Positions 39,216 to 49,252 of a stretch of 64,000 bases of DNA are shown in pieces. Position numbers and translations under genes: made by a program. The number at the start of each line of letters is the position of its first letter. Positions within the stretch are counted from its first letter, which is position 1. Under the pieces are notes generated by a model, which worked only from the letters and a program-made list of their open reading frames with translations, did no database searches and was not told the origin of the DNA. Origin of the DNA: an uncultured Eubacteriales bacterium. Lineage in GTDB: Bacteria > Bacillota > Clostridia > TANB77 > CAG-508. The stretch is from the NCBI GenBank assembly GCA_949288095.1, contig CASEIX010000012.1:5570-69569 (forward strand), read 5' to 3'.

Positions 39216-41414
39216 TCATTTCTTTCTTTTTACATCATAAACACTGTTTACTTTTCTAACAACTTTTTGTGCTTTATTTAGTTCATTTAAGTTTTCTACT
39301 TCAAGAGTGATGTCAATAATTGCAATTCTTTCTTTTGTTGTTTTTGTATTAACTCCTAAGATATTTACTTTTGTGGTTCCTAATTCTTTTAAGATGTCTA
39401 CTAATAGTCCTGTTCTATCATTTGAGAAGATTTCGATTTCTGCTTGATATTCTGATTTTTCTTCTTCATACCATTCGACATCTATCATTCTGTTTTCTTC
39501 TGATATTAAGTCTTTTACATTATGACAGTCTTTTCTGTGAACAGATACACCTCTTCCTTTTGTGATATATCCTACGATTTCATCTCCTGGAAGTGGATTA
39601 CAACATTTTGAAAGTTTTACTAAACAGTTGTCTATTCCTTTTACGATAACCCCTGAACTTGATGGCTTTGGTTTCTTCTGTTTTGCTTTTTTTAGTTCTT
39701 CTAATTTCTTCTCAATATCTTCTTCTTCATGTTCTTTTCTGTATTCTTGAAGCATTCTAGCAATCACTTTTACTGATGAATTTGCTCCAAATCCAACAGC
39801 AGCATACATCTCATCTAAGTTCTTATATTTATACTTTTCAAGCATTGGATCAATATACTCTGTTTTAAATAAATCAGCATGTGTAAATCCTATTCTTTTT
39901 AATTCTTTTTCAATTAAGTCTTTTCCTTTTTCAATATTTTCTTCTTTTTGTGCTTTCTTAAACCAGCTTTTGATTTTATTTCTTGCTGCTGAACTTTTTA
40001 CAAATTTTAGCCAGTCTCTACTTGGTCCTTTGGAATTATCTGATGTGATAATTTCTACAATATCCCCACTTTGTAATGGTGTGATAATAGGCATCATTTT
40101 ACTATTTATTTTACATCCTGTCATCTTGTTTCCAATTTCGGCATGTATTGTATAAGCAAAGTCAATTGGTGTTGCTCCTCTTGGCAATACTTTGATTGCT
40201 CCTTTTGGTGTAAATACATATACTTCATCTTCAAATAATTCGGTTTTTAATGTATTTAAAAATTCTTGTGGATCTTCTAATTCTTTTTGCCACTCCAAGG
40301 TTTCTCTAAGCCATGCTAATTTGTCTTCTTCTACTTTTACAGATTGTTTTTTTCCAAAATAGCTTGCTTCTTTATATGCCCAGTGTGCAGCAATACCAAA
40401 TTCAGCCACTTTATGCATTTCCCATGTTCTAATTTGTACTTCAAATGGTGTCCCTTTTTCTCCTAACAATGTTGTATGAATAGATTGATACATATTTGGC
40501 TTTGGGACAGCTATGTAGTCTTTAAACCTTCCTGGCATTGGATTATATAATTCATGAACAACACCTAATGCCGCATAACAATCTTTTACTGAGTTGACTA
40601 ATATTCTTAGAGCAAATAAATCATAGATTTGATCTAATGTTTTATTATCTCGTTTCATTTTACGATAAATACTATATAAATGTTTTGCTCTTCCAGTTAC
40701 TTCTGCATCAATTCTTTGCTTTTTTAATGCAACACGAATATCTGCCATAATTTTTTCAATGAATTGTGTTCTTTCTTCTCTCTTTTTATTAATTCCTTCT
40801 ACTAATTCATGATATTCTTCTGGCTCTAAATATTTAAATGCTAAATCTTCTAATTCCCATTTTAAAGAATAAATACCTAACCTATTCGCAAGTGGTGCAT
40901 ATAAATCTCTCGTTTCTTTCGCATTGGCAATTTGTCTGTCTCTTTTTAAATATTTTAAAGTTCTCATATTATGGAGCCTATCAGCTAATTTAATTAGAAT
41001 CACTCTAATATCTTTTCCCATTGCTAAAAACATTTTTCGATAGTCTTCTACTTGTTGTTCTTCTACTGAAGCAAACTGTATATTACTTAATTTCGTTACA
41101 CCTGCTACCATGTCTGCGATTTCGTTTCCAAATTGAGTTCTTAACTCTTTATCTGTTACATCTGTATCTTCCACAATATCATGAAGAAGTGCTGCACAAA
41201 TGGTACTATCATCTAATCCAATATCTGCTAAAATATACGCAACATTAAGAGGGTGAATAATGTATGGTTCACCTGAGCTTCTTTTTTGTCCTTTATGTTT
41301 TTCACTAGCCAATCGATAGGCTCTCATAATCAATTTAATATCTACTCTTCTAGAATGTTCTTTTCTTTTATTAATAACATCCTTAATTGTAATTTCTTTT
41401 TTTTCTTCTTGCAT
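39216..41414 (-). CDS. relA: bifunctional (p)ppGpp synthetase/hydrolase
   Basis: HD hydrolase motif (HDIVEDT), synthetase domain, TGS and ACT regions, 732 aa. Confidence 0.95.
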   Translation of the reverse strand: MQEEKKEITIKDVINKRKEHSRRVDIKLIMRAYRLASEKHKGQKRSSGEPYIIHPLNVAYILADIGLDDSTICAALLHDIVEDTDVTDKELRTQFGNEIADMVAGVTKLSNIQFASVEEQQVEDYRKMFLAMGKDIRVILIKLADRLHNMRTLKYLKRDRQIANAKETRDLYAPLANRLGIYSLKWELEDLAFKYLEPEEYHELVEGINKKREERTQFIEKIMADIRVALKKQRIDAEVTGRAKHLYSIYRKMKRDNKTLDQIYDLFALRILVNSVKDCYAALGVVHELYNPMPGRFKDYIAVPKPNMYQSIHTTLLGEKGTPFEVQIRTWEMHKVAEFGIAAHWAYKEASYFGKKQSVKVEEDKLAWLRETLEWQKELEDPQEFLNTLKTELFEDEVYVFTPKGAIKVLPRGATPIDFAYTIHAEIGNKMTGCKINSKMMPIITPLQSGDIVEIITSDNSKGPSRDWLKFVKSSAARNKIKSWFKKAQKEENIEKGKDLIEKELKRIGFTHADLFKTEYIDPMLEKYKYKNLDEMYAAVGFGANSSVKVIARMLQEYRKEHEEEDIEKKLEELKKAKQKKPKPSSSGVIVKGIDNCLVKLSKCCNPLPGDEIVGYITKGRGVSVHRKDCHNVKDLISEENRMIDVEWYEEEKSEYQAEIEIFSNDRTGLLVDILKELGTTKVNILGVNTKTTKERIAIIDITLEVENLNELNKAQKVVRKVNSVYDVKRKK

Positions 41415-41453
41415 ATATCCACTTCCCTTTTTTTCTTATTTTAATAGTTATTT

Positions 41454-41600
41454 ATTGTATAGAAAAAATCTGCTTTTATCTTGGCTTTATATGGATTTTT
41501 TCGTATACAACAAGGTTAAGCTTCTTATATTCGTGAAGTACTGCGTAGCAGTCTTCACCTCTATGCATAGAAATCTTTGATTTCGTTATGCATGCTTTCC
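41454..41600. repeat. intergenic repeat module B, copy 2
   Basis: aligns over its full length with 11435-11582; abuts the recJ stop codon; outer stem of hairpin 1 changed to ATGCAT/ATGCAT. Confidence 0.8.
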
Positions 41601-43292
41601 TTATATTGCTCTCATAATATCTTTCATATTAATTTGCAAAGTATCTACCCCATTAAAGGTATTCACTTCTAATACACCTACAACATCTATTTTATCACCA
41701 ATTCGATAATCTTCTACTAATGCACCCATATTAAATCCAATGGCATTTACAACTGTATTTCCTTCTTTTAAAGTTAATTTTAAATGTTTACCTTCTGACA
41801 AAGCTCTAATAGAATCAATCTTTAAATTCTTGAAAGCAAATACAGGCATTTTATTGCCTTCTCCAAATGGTTCTAATTCTTTTAAACTTTCTACCATTTC
41901 TTTATTAATACTACTAAAGTCAATTTTAGCATCTATGTTAATAATTGGAACAATTTCTTCTATATTTGCTTCTTTTGCAATTTCCTCAAATTCTTTCTTG
42001 AAGGCTTCAAATTTTTCTTTTTTGATAGTGATTCCAATCGCCATGCTATGTCCACCAAATTTTTCAATTGTATCTGTACATTTTGATAAAGCCTCATGTA
42101 AATCAAATCCTGGAATACTTCTTCCTGACCCTGTTCCAATGCCATCTTCTTCAAAGCTTAATAAGATACTTGGTTTAAAATACATTTCTGTAATTTTAGA
42201 AGAAACAATACCGATAACACCGTGATGCCAATTATGTCCTCCGACAGTAATGGTTGCATTTTCTGCCAATTGTTCTTCTTCTATTTGCTTAATAGCACTT
42301 TCAAAAATTTTCTTTTCCGTATCTTGTCTTAATCTATTGTATTCATTTAATTTGTTTGTAAGCTGAGAAACTTCATTGATATTTTTAGATAAAAATAGTT
42401 GCAAAGCATCTTCTGCTTTTCCCATTCTTCCACAAGCATTAATTCTTGGTGCAATTCCAAAAGAAATACTATTAGAATCAATTTTGGTATATCCTGATGA
42501 TTGAATAATAGACCTTAAACCTATATTTTTTGTTTGTTTGATTAATAACAATCCTAGTTTGGCAATGACTCTATTTTCATCTACCAATGGAACAATATCT
42601 GATATGGTTCCAATACAAACAATATCTAAATATTTTAAATATTCTTCTTCTTTTAATCCTAATTTGATTCCCAAAGCTTGTATCACTTTAAACACAACAC
42701 CAACACCTGCTAATTCGCGAAACGGATATGTACTATCTTTTCGTTTATTATCAATAACTGCTAATGCATTTGGTAATTCATTTCCAGGCTCATGGTGATC
42801 TGTTACAATCGTTTCGATTCCTAATCTGTTAGCATATTCTATTTCTTCAATTGCAGATATCCCACAATCTACAGTTATCATTAATTCACATCCATCACTG
42901 TGAATTTTATCAATCGCATTTTTATTTAATCCATATCCCTCATTTAATCTGTTGGGAATGTATTGAGATACTTCTAATCCTCTATCTTGTAAAAAACTTT
43001 TTAATATAGTAATACTGGTAATTCCATCTACATCATAATCTCCATAAATGGTTACTTTTTCTTGTTTTTCTATTGCTTGTACAATTCTATTGATTGCTTT
43101 TTCCATATCTGTGATTAAATATGGATCATGAAAATCATTTCTTGTTGGGTTTAAAAATAATCTAATATCTTCTTCTTTTACAATATTTCTATTAGCCAGT
43201 ATAGTTGCTAATAGTTTATTTACATGATATTTATTCGATATTTCTTCTACTTTTTCTTCATCTACTTCATATATTTGCCATTTTTTGTTCAT
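41601..43292 (-). CDS. recJ: single-stranded-DNA-specific exonuclease RecJ
   Basis: DHH motifs (DYDVDGITS; VTDHHE) and DHHA1 region; N-terminus MNKKWQIYE. Confidence 0.93.
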   Translation of the reverse strand: MNKKWQIYEVDEEKVEEISNKYHVNKLLATILANRNIVKEEDIRLFLNPTRNDFHDPYLITDMEKAINRIVQAIEKQEKVTIYGDYDVDGITSITILKSFLQDRGLEVSQYIPNRLNEGYGLNKNAIDKIHSDGCELMITVDCGISAIEEIEYANRLGIETIVTDHHEPGNELPNALAVIDNKRKDSTYPFRELAGVGVVFKVIQALGIKLGLKEEEYLKYLDIVCIGTISDIVPLVDENRVIAKLGLLLIKQTKNIGLRSIIQSSGYTKIDSNSISFGIAPRINACGRMGKAEDALQLFLSKNINEVSQLTNKLNEYNRLRQDTEKKIFESAIKQIEEEQLAENATITVGGHNWHHGVIGIVSSKITEMYFKPSILLSFEEDGIGTGSGRSIPGFDLHEALSKCTDTIEKFGGHSMAIGITIKKEKFEAFKKEFEEIAKEANIEEIVPIINIDAKIDFSSINKEMVESLKELEPFGEGNKMPVFAFKNLKIDSIRALSEGKHLKLTLKEGNTVVNAIGFNMGALVEDYRIGDKIDVVGVLEVNTFNGVDTLQINMKDIMRAI

Positions 43293-43328
43293 TTTTACTA
43301 TCAATCCTCTCAAGTCACAAATCTGGTT

Positions 43329-43440
43329 GAAAAAGAATTAAATTTTGGCTAGGCAAACAAGTTTGAAATTCATGAGGCGTACTAACTGTACGTTGATTGA
43401 ATTTCAAATGAAGTTTAACGATGCCAAAATTGTAATTATT
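43329..43440. repeat. intergenic repeat module A, copy 2
   Basis: aligns with 11327-11437; stem TTTGAAATTC/GAATTTCAAA carries a compensated 1-nt insertion relative to copy 1. Confidence 0.8.
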
Positions 43441-43649
43441 TTTCAACCCCCTCTCCTAATTCTAACTTTTTTACTATTGTATACCATTTTCTCCATTTTT
43501 AAAAGGGGGTAATGTTAATTTATGAAATTAATCCTTCTATTTTATTAGATGTTTTATGAAAACTTATATAAATTATCTTAATCAGCATATTGAAAAGGAT
43601 TACATAATGTGATATACTTTTTATGATTTTTTTGAAAGGAAAATAAGTT

Positions 43650-45029
43650 ATGGAACAAGAACGTATTATTAAATTGGAAGATTTTTTTGATTTTGATTCA
43701 AAAGAACCTATAAACCGATTAGCCTATACAGAAGAAGATATGAAATATAAAATAAAAATAATTGAAAAAATGAAAGCATTAGGTATGCAAATAACACTTG
43801 ATAAAGCTGGAAATATTTGTGGCACGATTTCTGTTGGAAACCACCCACAAAAAACAATTGCCATTGGTTCCCATACAGATTCTGTTTATAACGGCGGACA
43901 ATATGATGGACCAGTTGGTGTAATTGTTGGACTACAGGTTGCTGAAAATTTAATAAAAAGTAAAAAATGTACAGGAATTATTAAAGTTCCTATTTATGCT
44001 TGCGAAGAATCTAGTCGATTTGGTAATGCTTGTTTAGGAAGCAAATATTTGAAAGGTACGATTACTTCTGAAGATTTTTCTTCAATTTTGGACCAAAATG
44101 CCTTAAAGAAAGGACAAACCATCACCTTACAAGAAGCCATTGATTTTGCAAATTCCTATCTAAAAGAACATGTTGATGGTATTCAAGAAGTTGATAAAAT
44201 ATTTGATTCTGTTGATTATTCTTTAGAAGCACATATTGAACAATACGATATCTTAAAAAAAGCTTATAAAAAGAATAAACAAGATACCATTGGTATCATC
44301 AATTCTATCGGTTCAGCAGTGAGAATTAAATATGATGTAGACGGACAAGCAAACCATACAGGTTCTACACCTATGAAAAAAAGAAAAAATGCAGTTGATG
44401 CTACTGCTTTTATTGGTAAAAAAGTTAGAAAACTTGGAAAACGTTATGAAAAACAAGGTCTTGGTAGAGCAAGTCAAGTTGAAATTAATACGCCTGGACA
44501 CAATGGAAGTTTTAATCAAATACCAAATCAAGCAAATGGCTTAATTGATTTTCGTCTTCTTGGAGAAAATACGCCAGAAGCTGTATTAGAAGATTTTGAA
44601 AATATTAGAAAACAAGTAGAAGCAAAAACCAAAACAAAAATCACGTCAACAGTTGTATCACAAGGAACTCCTGTTATTACAAGCCATTTTCTAAACCAAA
44701 AACTTAACCAAATTTGTAACCAAAAAGAAATCCAATCAATTGAAATGCCTTCATACCCTGGTCAAGATACAGGTTATGTACCAGCTACAGAAAAAACAAT
44801 GGTATTTATCCCTTCTACAGGTGGAAGTCATAATCCTGATGAGCATACCAAAAAGAAATTTATTAAACCTGCAACAACACTTTTTACGCAATTATCTAAA
44901 GAACTATTGATGGAAAGATTTAGAGATGCCCAAAAAGTTTCTAACACACCTAAACCTGCTCATACATCTTCACACATTCCAACCTATAGACCCCCTAGTC
45001 GTGATACTGATGAAAATGTATTAGGTTGA
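43650..45029 (+). CDS. M20-family amidohydrolase (allantoate amidohydrolase / N-carbamoyl-amino-acid hydrolase type)
   Basis: IGSHTDSVYNGGQYDGPVGV motif; about 45-aa proline-rich C-terminal tail. Confidence 0.8.
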   Translation: MEQERIIKLEDFFDFDSKEPINRLAYTEEDMKYKIKIIEKMKALGMQITLDKAGNICGTISVGNHPQKTIAIGSHTDSVYNGGQYDGPVGVIVGLQVAENLIKSKKCTGIIKVPIYACEESSRFGNACLGSKYLKGTITSEDFSSILDQNALKKGQTITLQEAIDFANSYLKEHVDGIQEVDKIFDSVDYSLEAHIEQYDILKKAYKKNKQDTIGIINSIGSAVRIKYDVDGQANHTGSTPMKKRKNAVDATAFIGKKVRKLGKRYEKQGLGRASQVEINTPGHNGSFNQIPNQANGLIDFRLLGENTPEAVLEDFENIRKQVEAKTKTKITSTVVSQGTPVITSHFLNQKLNQICNQKEIQSIEMPSYPGQDTGYVPATEKTMVFIPSTGGSHNPDEHTKKKFIKPATTLFTQLSKELLMERFRDAQKVSNTPKPAHTSSHIPTYRPPSRDTDENVLG

Positions 45030-45069
45030 TTTTAGTTTATAAAATATTCTTTGTAGAAGTTTGAAATAA

Positions 45070-45098
45070 TTGACAAAATCATAGAATTATGTTAATAT
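45070..45098 (+). promoter_or_regulatory. near-consensus sigma-A promoter of the GC-rich small gene
   Basis: TTGACA, 17-nt spacer, TAATAT with an upstream TG (extended -10). Confidence 0.7.
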
Positions 45099-45154
45099 AT
45101 AGTTATGCTCTGGAAATCCAGAGTAAATAAAAATTTTTTCAGGAGGGATTCTAC

Positions 45155-45358
45155 ATGAGAGAATCAGAGAAGCGGATCTTCGAAGACAGCAAATTAGTAC
45201 AGGACTTTTTAAAGAAAGTTCCGGACGAGCTTGGACGCGAGGTGACAAGCGGCGTAGACAGTAAGGGCAATTTTGTTATAACTATCAAAACGTCGACAGG
45301 CACAGTCACGCGGAAGCAGCATAAAAGTCCGGGGTGTTACCGCCGTGTTGGAGACTGA
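45155..45358 (+). CDS. orphan 67-aa protein, compositionally foreign
   Basis: AGGAGGG RBS 7 nt before the ATG; hand count 98 G+C of 204 nt; promoter and terminator bracket the ORF tightly. Confidence 0.5.
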   Translation: MRESEKRIFEDSKLVQDFLKKVPDELGREVTSGVDSKGNFVITIKTSTGTVTRKQHKSPGCYRRVGD

Positions 45359-45384
45359 AAAAAGAGAAGGAACTCTTCCTTCAA

Positions 45385-45423
45385 GGGGTTGTCTGTGTCA
45401 CAGCAGACAGCCCCGATTTTTTT
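45385..45423 (+). terminator. strong rho-independent terminator of the small gene
   Basis: 11-bp GC-rich stem GGGGTTGTCTG/CAGACAGCCCC then T7; preceded by a second hairpin GAAGGAA/TTCCTTC (45366-45382). Confidence 0.85.
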
Positions 45424-45494
45424 ATGATAATTAACTTTTTAGTTTTATAAATTCATATACACATATAATAAATATAAACTCTTATATCTCATGT

Positions 45495-45529
45495 AAAAAA
45501 TCCAACTCTCATTTCGAGTTGGATTTTTT
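45495..45529. terminator. bidirectional terminator
   Basis: AAAAAATCCAACTC / GAGTTGGATTTTTT. Confidence 0.8.
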
Positions 45530-45555
45530 GAATTTCTTAATACATCATAAATATA

Positions 45556-46464
45556 TTAAGAGCTTTGATTTACTTTTAATTTTTTTCTAACAAGTACAAA
45601 TATTACTCCTGCTATGATTGTTATTGCTACAAAAACTTTTATCATAATATTATTTTCTTTTTGTGATACTTCATTAGAATTTATATCTTCTATATTCTCT
45701 CCAAATTCATCTTCATATGTTCCTTGTATACTTTCAATAACTTCCTCTTCTTTGTTTTCTTCTGTCATATTTTCTATTTCGTCTAAAGATGCTATCTCAG
45801 TAGTATCTTCAGCATTTTCTAAATCTTGTCTTATATTTTCTTGATTGTCATTTGAAGAATCTACTATGCTTTGATTTCCACTTGAAGAATTATTTACATT
45901 TCCTGTATTTTTATCTTCCTCTGACACAACTGTTTCTTCTTTATTCTCTTCTTCTACTTGTGGTGGTAGCACTTCTTCTTTGTCTTCTTCCTCTATTTCT
46001 GGAGGTGTTATTTCTTCATCTTCTTTATCTCCATCATCTGTTTCTGGTGGTAAAATCTCATCCTCTTCTTTGTCACCATCATCTACTTCAGGAGGTGTTT
46101 CTTCTTCCTCATCATCTGGCTCTGTTGTAGGTGGAGCTGTTTCTCCATCTTCCTTATCTTCTTCATCTGGTTCTGGAGGCATAACTTCCTCATCCTCCGT
46201 TGGTGGCACTGGATTTTCTTCATCTGGATTGTCTGGAGTCTCTGGTTTATCTTCTTCCTCCTCTTCACCTTCTACTGGTGGTATTGGATTTGGTTTATCT
46301 TCTTCTTCTCCTTCTTCTCCTTCTTCTGGAATTTCTGGAATCTCTGGTTTTTCACCTTCTCCTGGAACTTCTGAAATCTCTACATCCTCTTCATCAGCAA
46401 TTATGGTAATTTCTATTGTTTTTGTTCCTATATTATTATCCGAATCCAAAACCTCATAAGTCAC
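45556..46464 (-). pseudogene. C-terminal fragment of the M60-like peptidase gene (Ig-like strand, acidic P/E/D linker, TM anchor), separated by a frameshift
   Basis: starts VTYEVLDSDNNIGTKTIEITI, which continues the Ig-like domain interrupted at 46454; no RBS; C-terminal TM IMIKVFVAITIIAGVIFVLV. Confidence 0.7.
45954..46392. repeat. low-complexity, degenerate tandem repeats encoding the E/D/P-rich linker
   Basis: reiterated PPE..DDGDKE(D)EEI.PPE units. Confidence 0.6.
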
Positions 46465-49114
46465 AAAATACTATTGGTGTTCCTTTTTCAAATTCTAAAG
46501 TTTGTGCAATGACTGTAATGTTTGGAATACCACCTTGTTGTATCTGATGAATCAATGATGTATATGGTATTTTATCTTGTTCTCTTAATTGATTGTATGC
46601 ATCTATAATTTGTGTTTTTTCTTCATAATTGATTCTTTTATTTTGCAATTCTTCCTCTGTTACTTTTTGTTTATATGCCTCAATCATACCAACTAGATGT
46701 ACTTTTAATTGTGCATATGCCACATCTTCTGCATTTTCTGTACTCATATCTTCACGCATGATTTCATTTTCAATCACAGTATATCTAGTTATGGTATCGA
46801 TTGCCTTATATTCTGGAATAATTGTATTTGTTAATGTATTATATGCCACAACTTTATTTGCAAATCGATTTGGATAACAAATTTCTATCACATATCCCGG
46901 TTCTAAAGTAATTTCATGTGTTCCTTTGTTAAAGTCAAAATATCCACCTGTTACCACATCTTCTGTTACGATATCCCCATTGGTATCATAAATTTTTACA
47001 TATTCACTACCACCCATTTTTGATTGGTTTGGATAGTGAATTTCTGCTTTTGTATAATGTTCTTTAAAAGTCATTTGGTAAGCAATCGTATCATAGTTAT
47101 ATCCTAAAACACGGAACATTAAATAATTGTCATAATCTGTATTTTCTAATTTTTCATAACTATATATCTCTGCATTTTCCATATCTTCTTTGATTTGCAC
47201 ATAGGCATATTGATAAGAATATCCGTTGATGACTGGCATTTGTAAAAAGTATGTTCCTACTGGAAGTGTTTCTTCTATTTGGCTATTTTCTATTTTTATC
47301 GGTTTTATAACTTCTTTTCCATCTTTTATTTGAATCACTTTTCCTTGTATTTGGCTTATATCATCTATTTCAATTTGTAAATTCATATTCCCTTGTGTTG
47401 TATATTTTTGTAATATTTCATTTGATACTAGACCATATTTTCTATCCATCCCTTCCCCACTGATAACTGTTTGTAATGTATCATCATTTACCATATCTTT
47501 TAAAATGTTCATGAATGGATAATGGTTTTCATATATGTTTGCTTTTGTTTCATCAGATATTTGTAATCCCCAAGCTTCCATATATGGTATGATATTTACC
47601 TTGTAAAGTTCTGCAATTCCTTCTATATAAGCATCTTGGTTTGTCATGGTTCTTCCCTTGTATAATTGGTCACGATACCATGAATATAGCTTTCCATAGG
47701 TTGTTCCTTTTTCAAAGGTATTTAACAAATTAATAATCACATATAATCTTGTTGGATTATCTACTTCTGAAAAGGTTTTGCCACTTAGTCTTTGTGCATT
47801 TTGATTTTCTTCAATGGCTGAAAGTTCTCCTAACCAATTTCCTGAATGGAAATAGATACTTTTGTCTATTTGAATATAATGTCCAATAATATTGTTTGAT
47901 ACTTCTCCTAATTGCATTTCTCCTTTTCCTAAACTTCCTTGATATCCATGTCCTAATTCATGTAATCCTCCCCAGTTCATTTCAAAGAAAGATGCCATAC
48001 TTGCATTATTAACGCCTACATGATCTCCTGCATAATAGGCTGCCCCTATACCATGTCTATTGGCTTTCACAACATACTTGGTTCTGACATTTTGGTCTGT
48101 TATCTTTTCAGGATTAAATTCTAAGCCTACATATTCATCCATTTTTTCTACTACTTTTTGATAATATTCTAAAAATTGATTTAATGATGTAAATCCATTT
48201 CTATAATAATTGGTCATATAGTTCATATCTAAAAAAGGAACAACTAATAACATGGTTTCACTTTCAATAACGCCATATCGATTTCCACTTTTTAGCCAAT
48301 CACTTCTAAAAGCTTGTTCATCATCTAAATAGTGATAATAATTTAATGGTTCTATGGTTTCATCATATTGTAATTCCATTACATAACTTTTATTAATCAC
48401 TGTATTTTCTTTTGATAATACCTTTGTTCTTAGCAATGGCACACTTTCATATCCTATACCATCTTTTCTATTTTCTAATGTTACCCATTCTCCAGTTGTT
48501 GGAATTGTCATTGAACTTTCTGTATATTCATCATTATTAAAGAAATTGACTGCTAATGCACTTTCTGATGATACAATACGTGCTTTGATACTCTGGTTAT
48601 TAGAAAGATATACGCCTAATATTTGTCTATCTCCATAATTACATCTTGAAAATTCTGCTAAATCCATATTCCAAACAGATGGTGTTGTATAAATTGTTCT
48701 TTCTACTTTTATTTTGGTATCTTCCTCTTCTGTTACAATAACTGGAACCACTAAAGTAGTTGTATTTTTATGTGAGTCTGTTACTGTATAGGTAATTTTA
48801 TGTTTTCCTACTTCATCTAATTTCACTTCCTCAGAATGTGTAATATATGGTGTTAAATCTCCATCTTCAAAATCTTTTGCAAAAATTCTAAATCTTGCAT
48901 CTAATACATCAAATTCATCAATGATTCCCTTTTGTAAAGTAATTTTTGTCGCACCATAAAACATTGGTGCATTTTGTGTACTCCAATAACTTTCTGGATG
49001 TTTCTTTTCTTCTGTTTGATTTGTTGTTACGGCAAAAGAGATATTTCCAAATACTTGTAATACTATATTTAAAATGAGAGTTATCGTAATTAGAATCGAA
49101 ACTTTTTTCTTCAT
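46454..49114 (-). CDS. secreted M60-like (enhancin-type) zinc metallopeptidase, N-terminal 886 aa (frameshifted gene)
   Basis: signal peptide; Ig-like domain; HELGHGYQ followed by a downstream Glu (GEVSNN); ATG 49114 lies 10 nt after AAGGAG. Confidence 0.8.
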   Translation of the reverse strand: MKKKVSILITITLILNIVLQVFGNISFAVTTNQTEEKKHPESYWSTQNAPMFYGATKITLQKGIIDEFDVLDARFRIFAKDFEDGDLTPYITHSEEVKLDEVGKHKITYTVTDSHKNTTTLVVPVIVTEEEDTKIKVERTIYTTPSVWNMDLAEFSRCNYGDRQILGVYLSNNQSIKARIVSSESALAVNFFNNDEYTESSMTIPTTGEWVTLENRKDGIGYESVPLLRTKVLSKENTVINKSYVMELQYDETIEPLNYYHYLDDEQAFRSDWLKSGNRYGVIESETMLLVVPFLDMNYMTNYYRNGFTSLNQFLEYYQKVVEKMDEYVGLEFNPEKITDQNVRTKYVVKANRHGIGAAYYAGDHVGVNNASMASFFEMNWGGLHELGHGYQGSLGKGEMQLGEVSNNIIGHYIQIDKSIYFHSGNWLGELSAIEENQNAQRLSGKTFSEVDNPTRLYVIINLLNTFEKGTTYGKLYSWYRDQLYKGRTMTNQDAYIEGIAELYKVNIIPYMEAWGLQISDETKANIYENHYPFMNILKDMVNDDTLQTVISGEGMDRKYGLVSNEILQKYTTQGNMNLQIEIDDISQIQGKVIQIKDGKEVIKPIKIENSQIEETLPVGTYFLQMPVINGYSYQYAYVQIKEDMENAEIYSYEKLENTDYDNYLMFRVLGYNYDTIAYQMTFKEHYTKAEIHYPNQSKMGGSEYVKIYDTNGDIVTEDVVTGGYFDFNKGTHEITLEPGYVIEICYPNRFANKVVAYNTLTNTIIPEYKAIDTITRYTVIENEIMREDMSTENAEDVAYAQLKVHLVGMIEAYKQKVTEEELQNKRINYEEKTQIIDAYNQLREQDKIPYTSLIHQIQQGGIPNITVIAQTLEFEKGTPIVFCDL

Positions 49115-49200
49115 CTTATTCAAACTCCTTTCTTCTTTTGTTTACATAACAATATCATTGTAGCATGGTTTATTCTCCCTTTCAACCAGTAATTATTGGT

Positions 49201-49237
49201 AAAAGCCTAGGAAAATTTCATTTTTTCCTAGGCTTTT
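49201..49237. terminator. bidirectional terminator
   Basis: AAAAGCCTAGGAAAA / TTTTCCTAGGCTTTT. Confidence 0.8.
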
Positions 49238-49252
49238 CTTATTCACAAAAAT

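Noticed and set aside
45100-45423. The GC-rich island as an SRP/4.5S-type or other structured RNA; it contains GGAAGCAGC, reminiscent of the SRP RNA helix 8 motif
   Set aside because: A 9-mer match is expected by chance in 128 kb of two-strand sequence. I could not find the long-range 5'/3' pairing an SRP or 6S RNA needs. The region has a well-spaced AGGAGGG-ATG and an ORF that fills the space between promoter and terminator. It is kept as an alternative to be tested with cmscan.
45980-46459. 159-aa Ser/Gly-rich plus-strand ORF, and the other plus-strand ORFs at 45852-46409
   Set aside because: They are antisense reading frames of the GAA/GAT/CCT-rich acidic linker repeats. They have no RBS and their composition is an artefact of the repeat.
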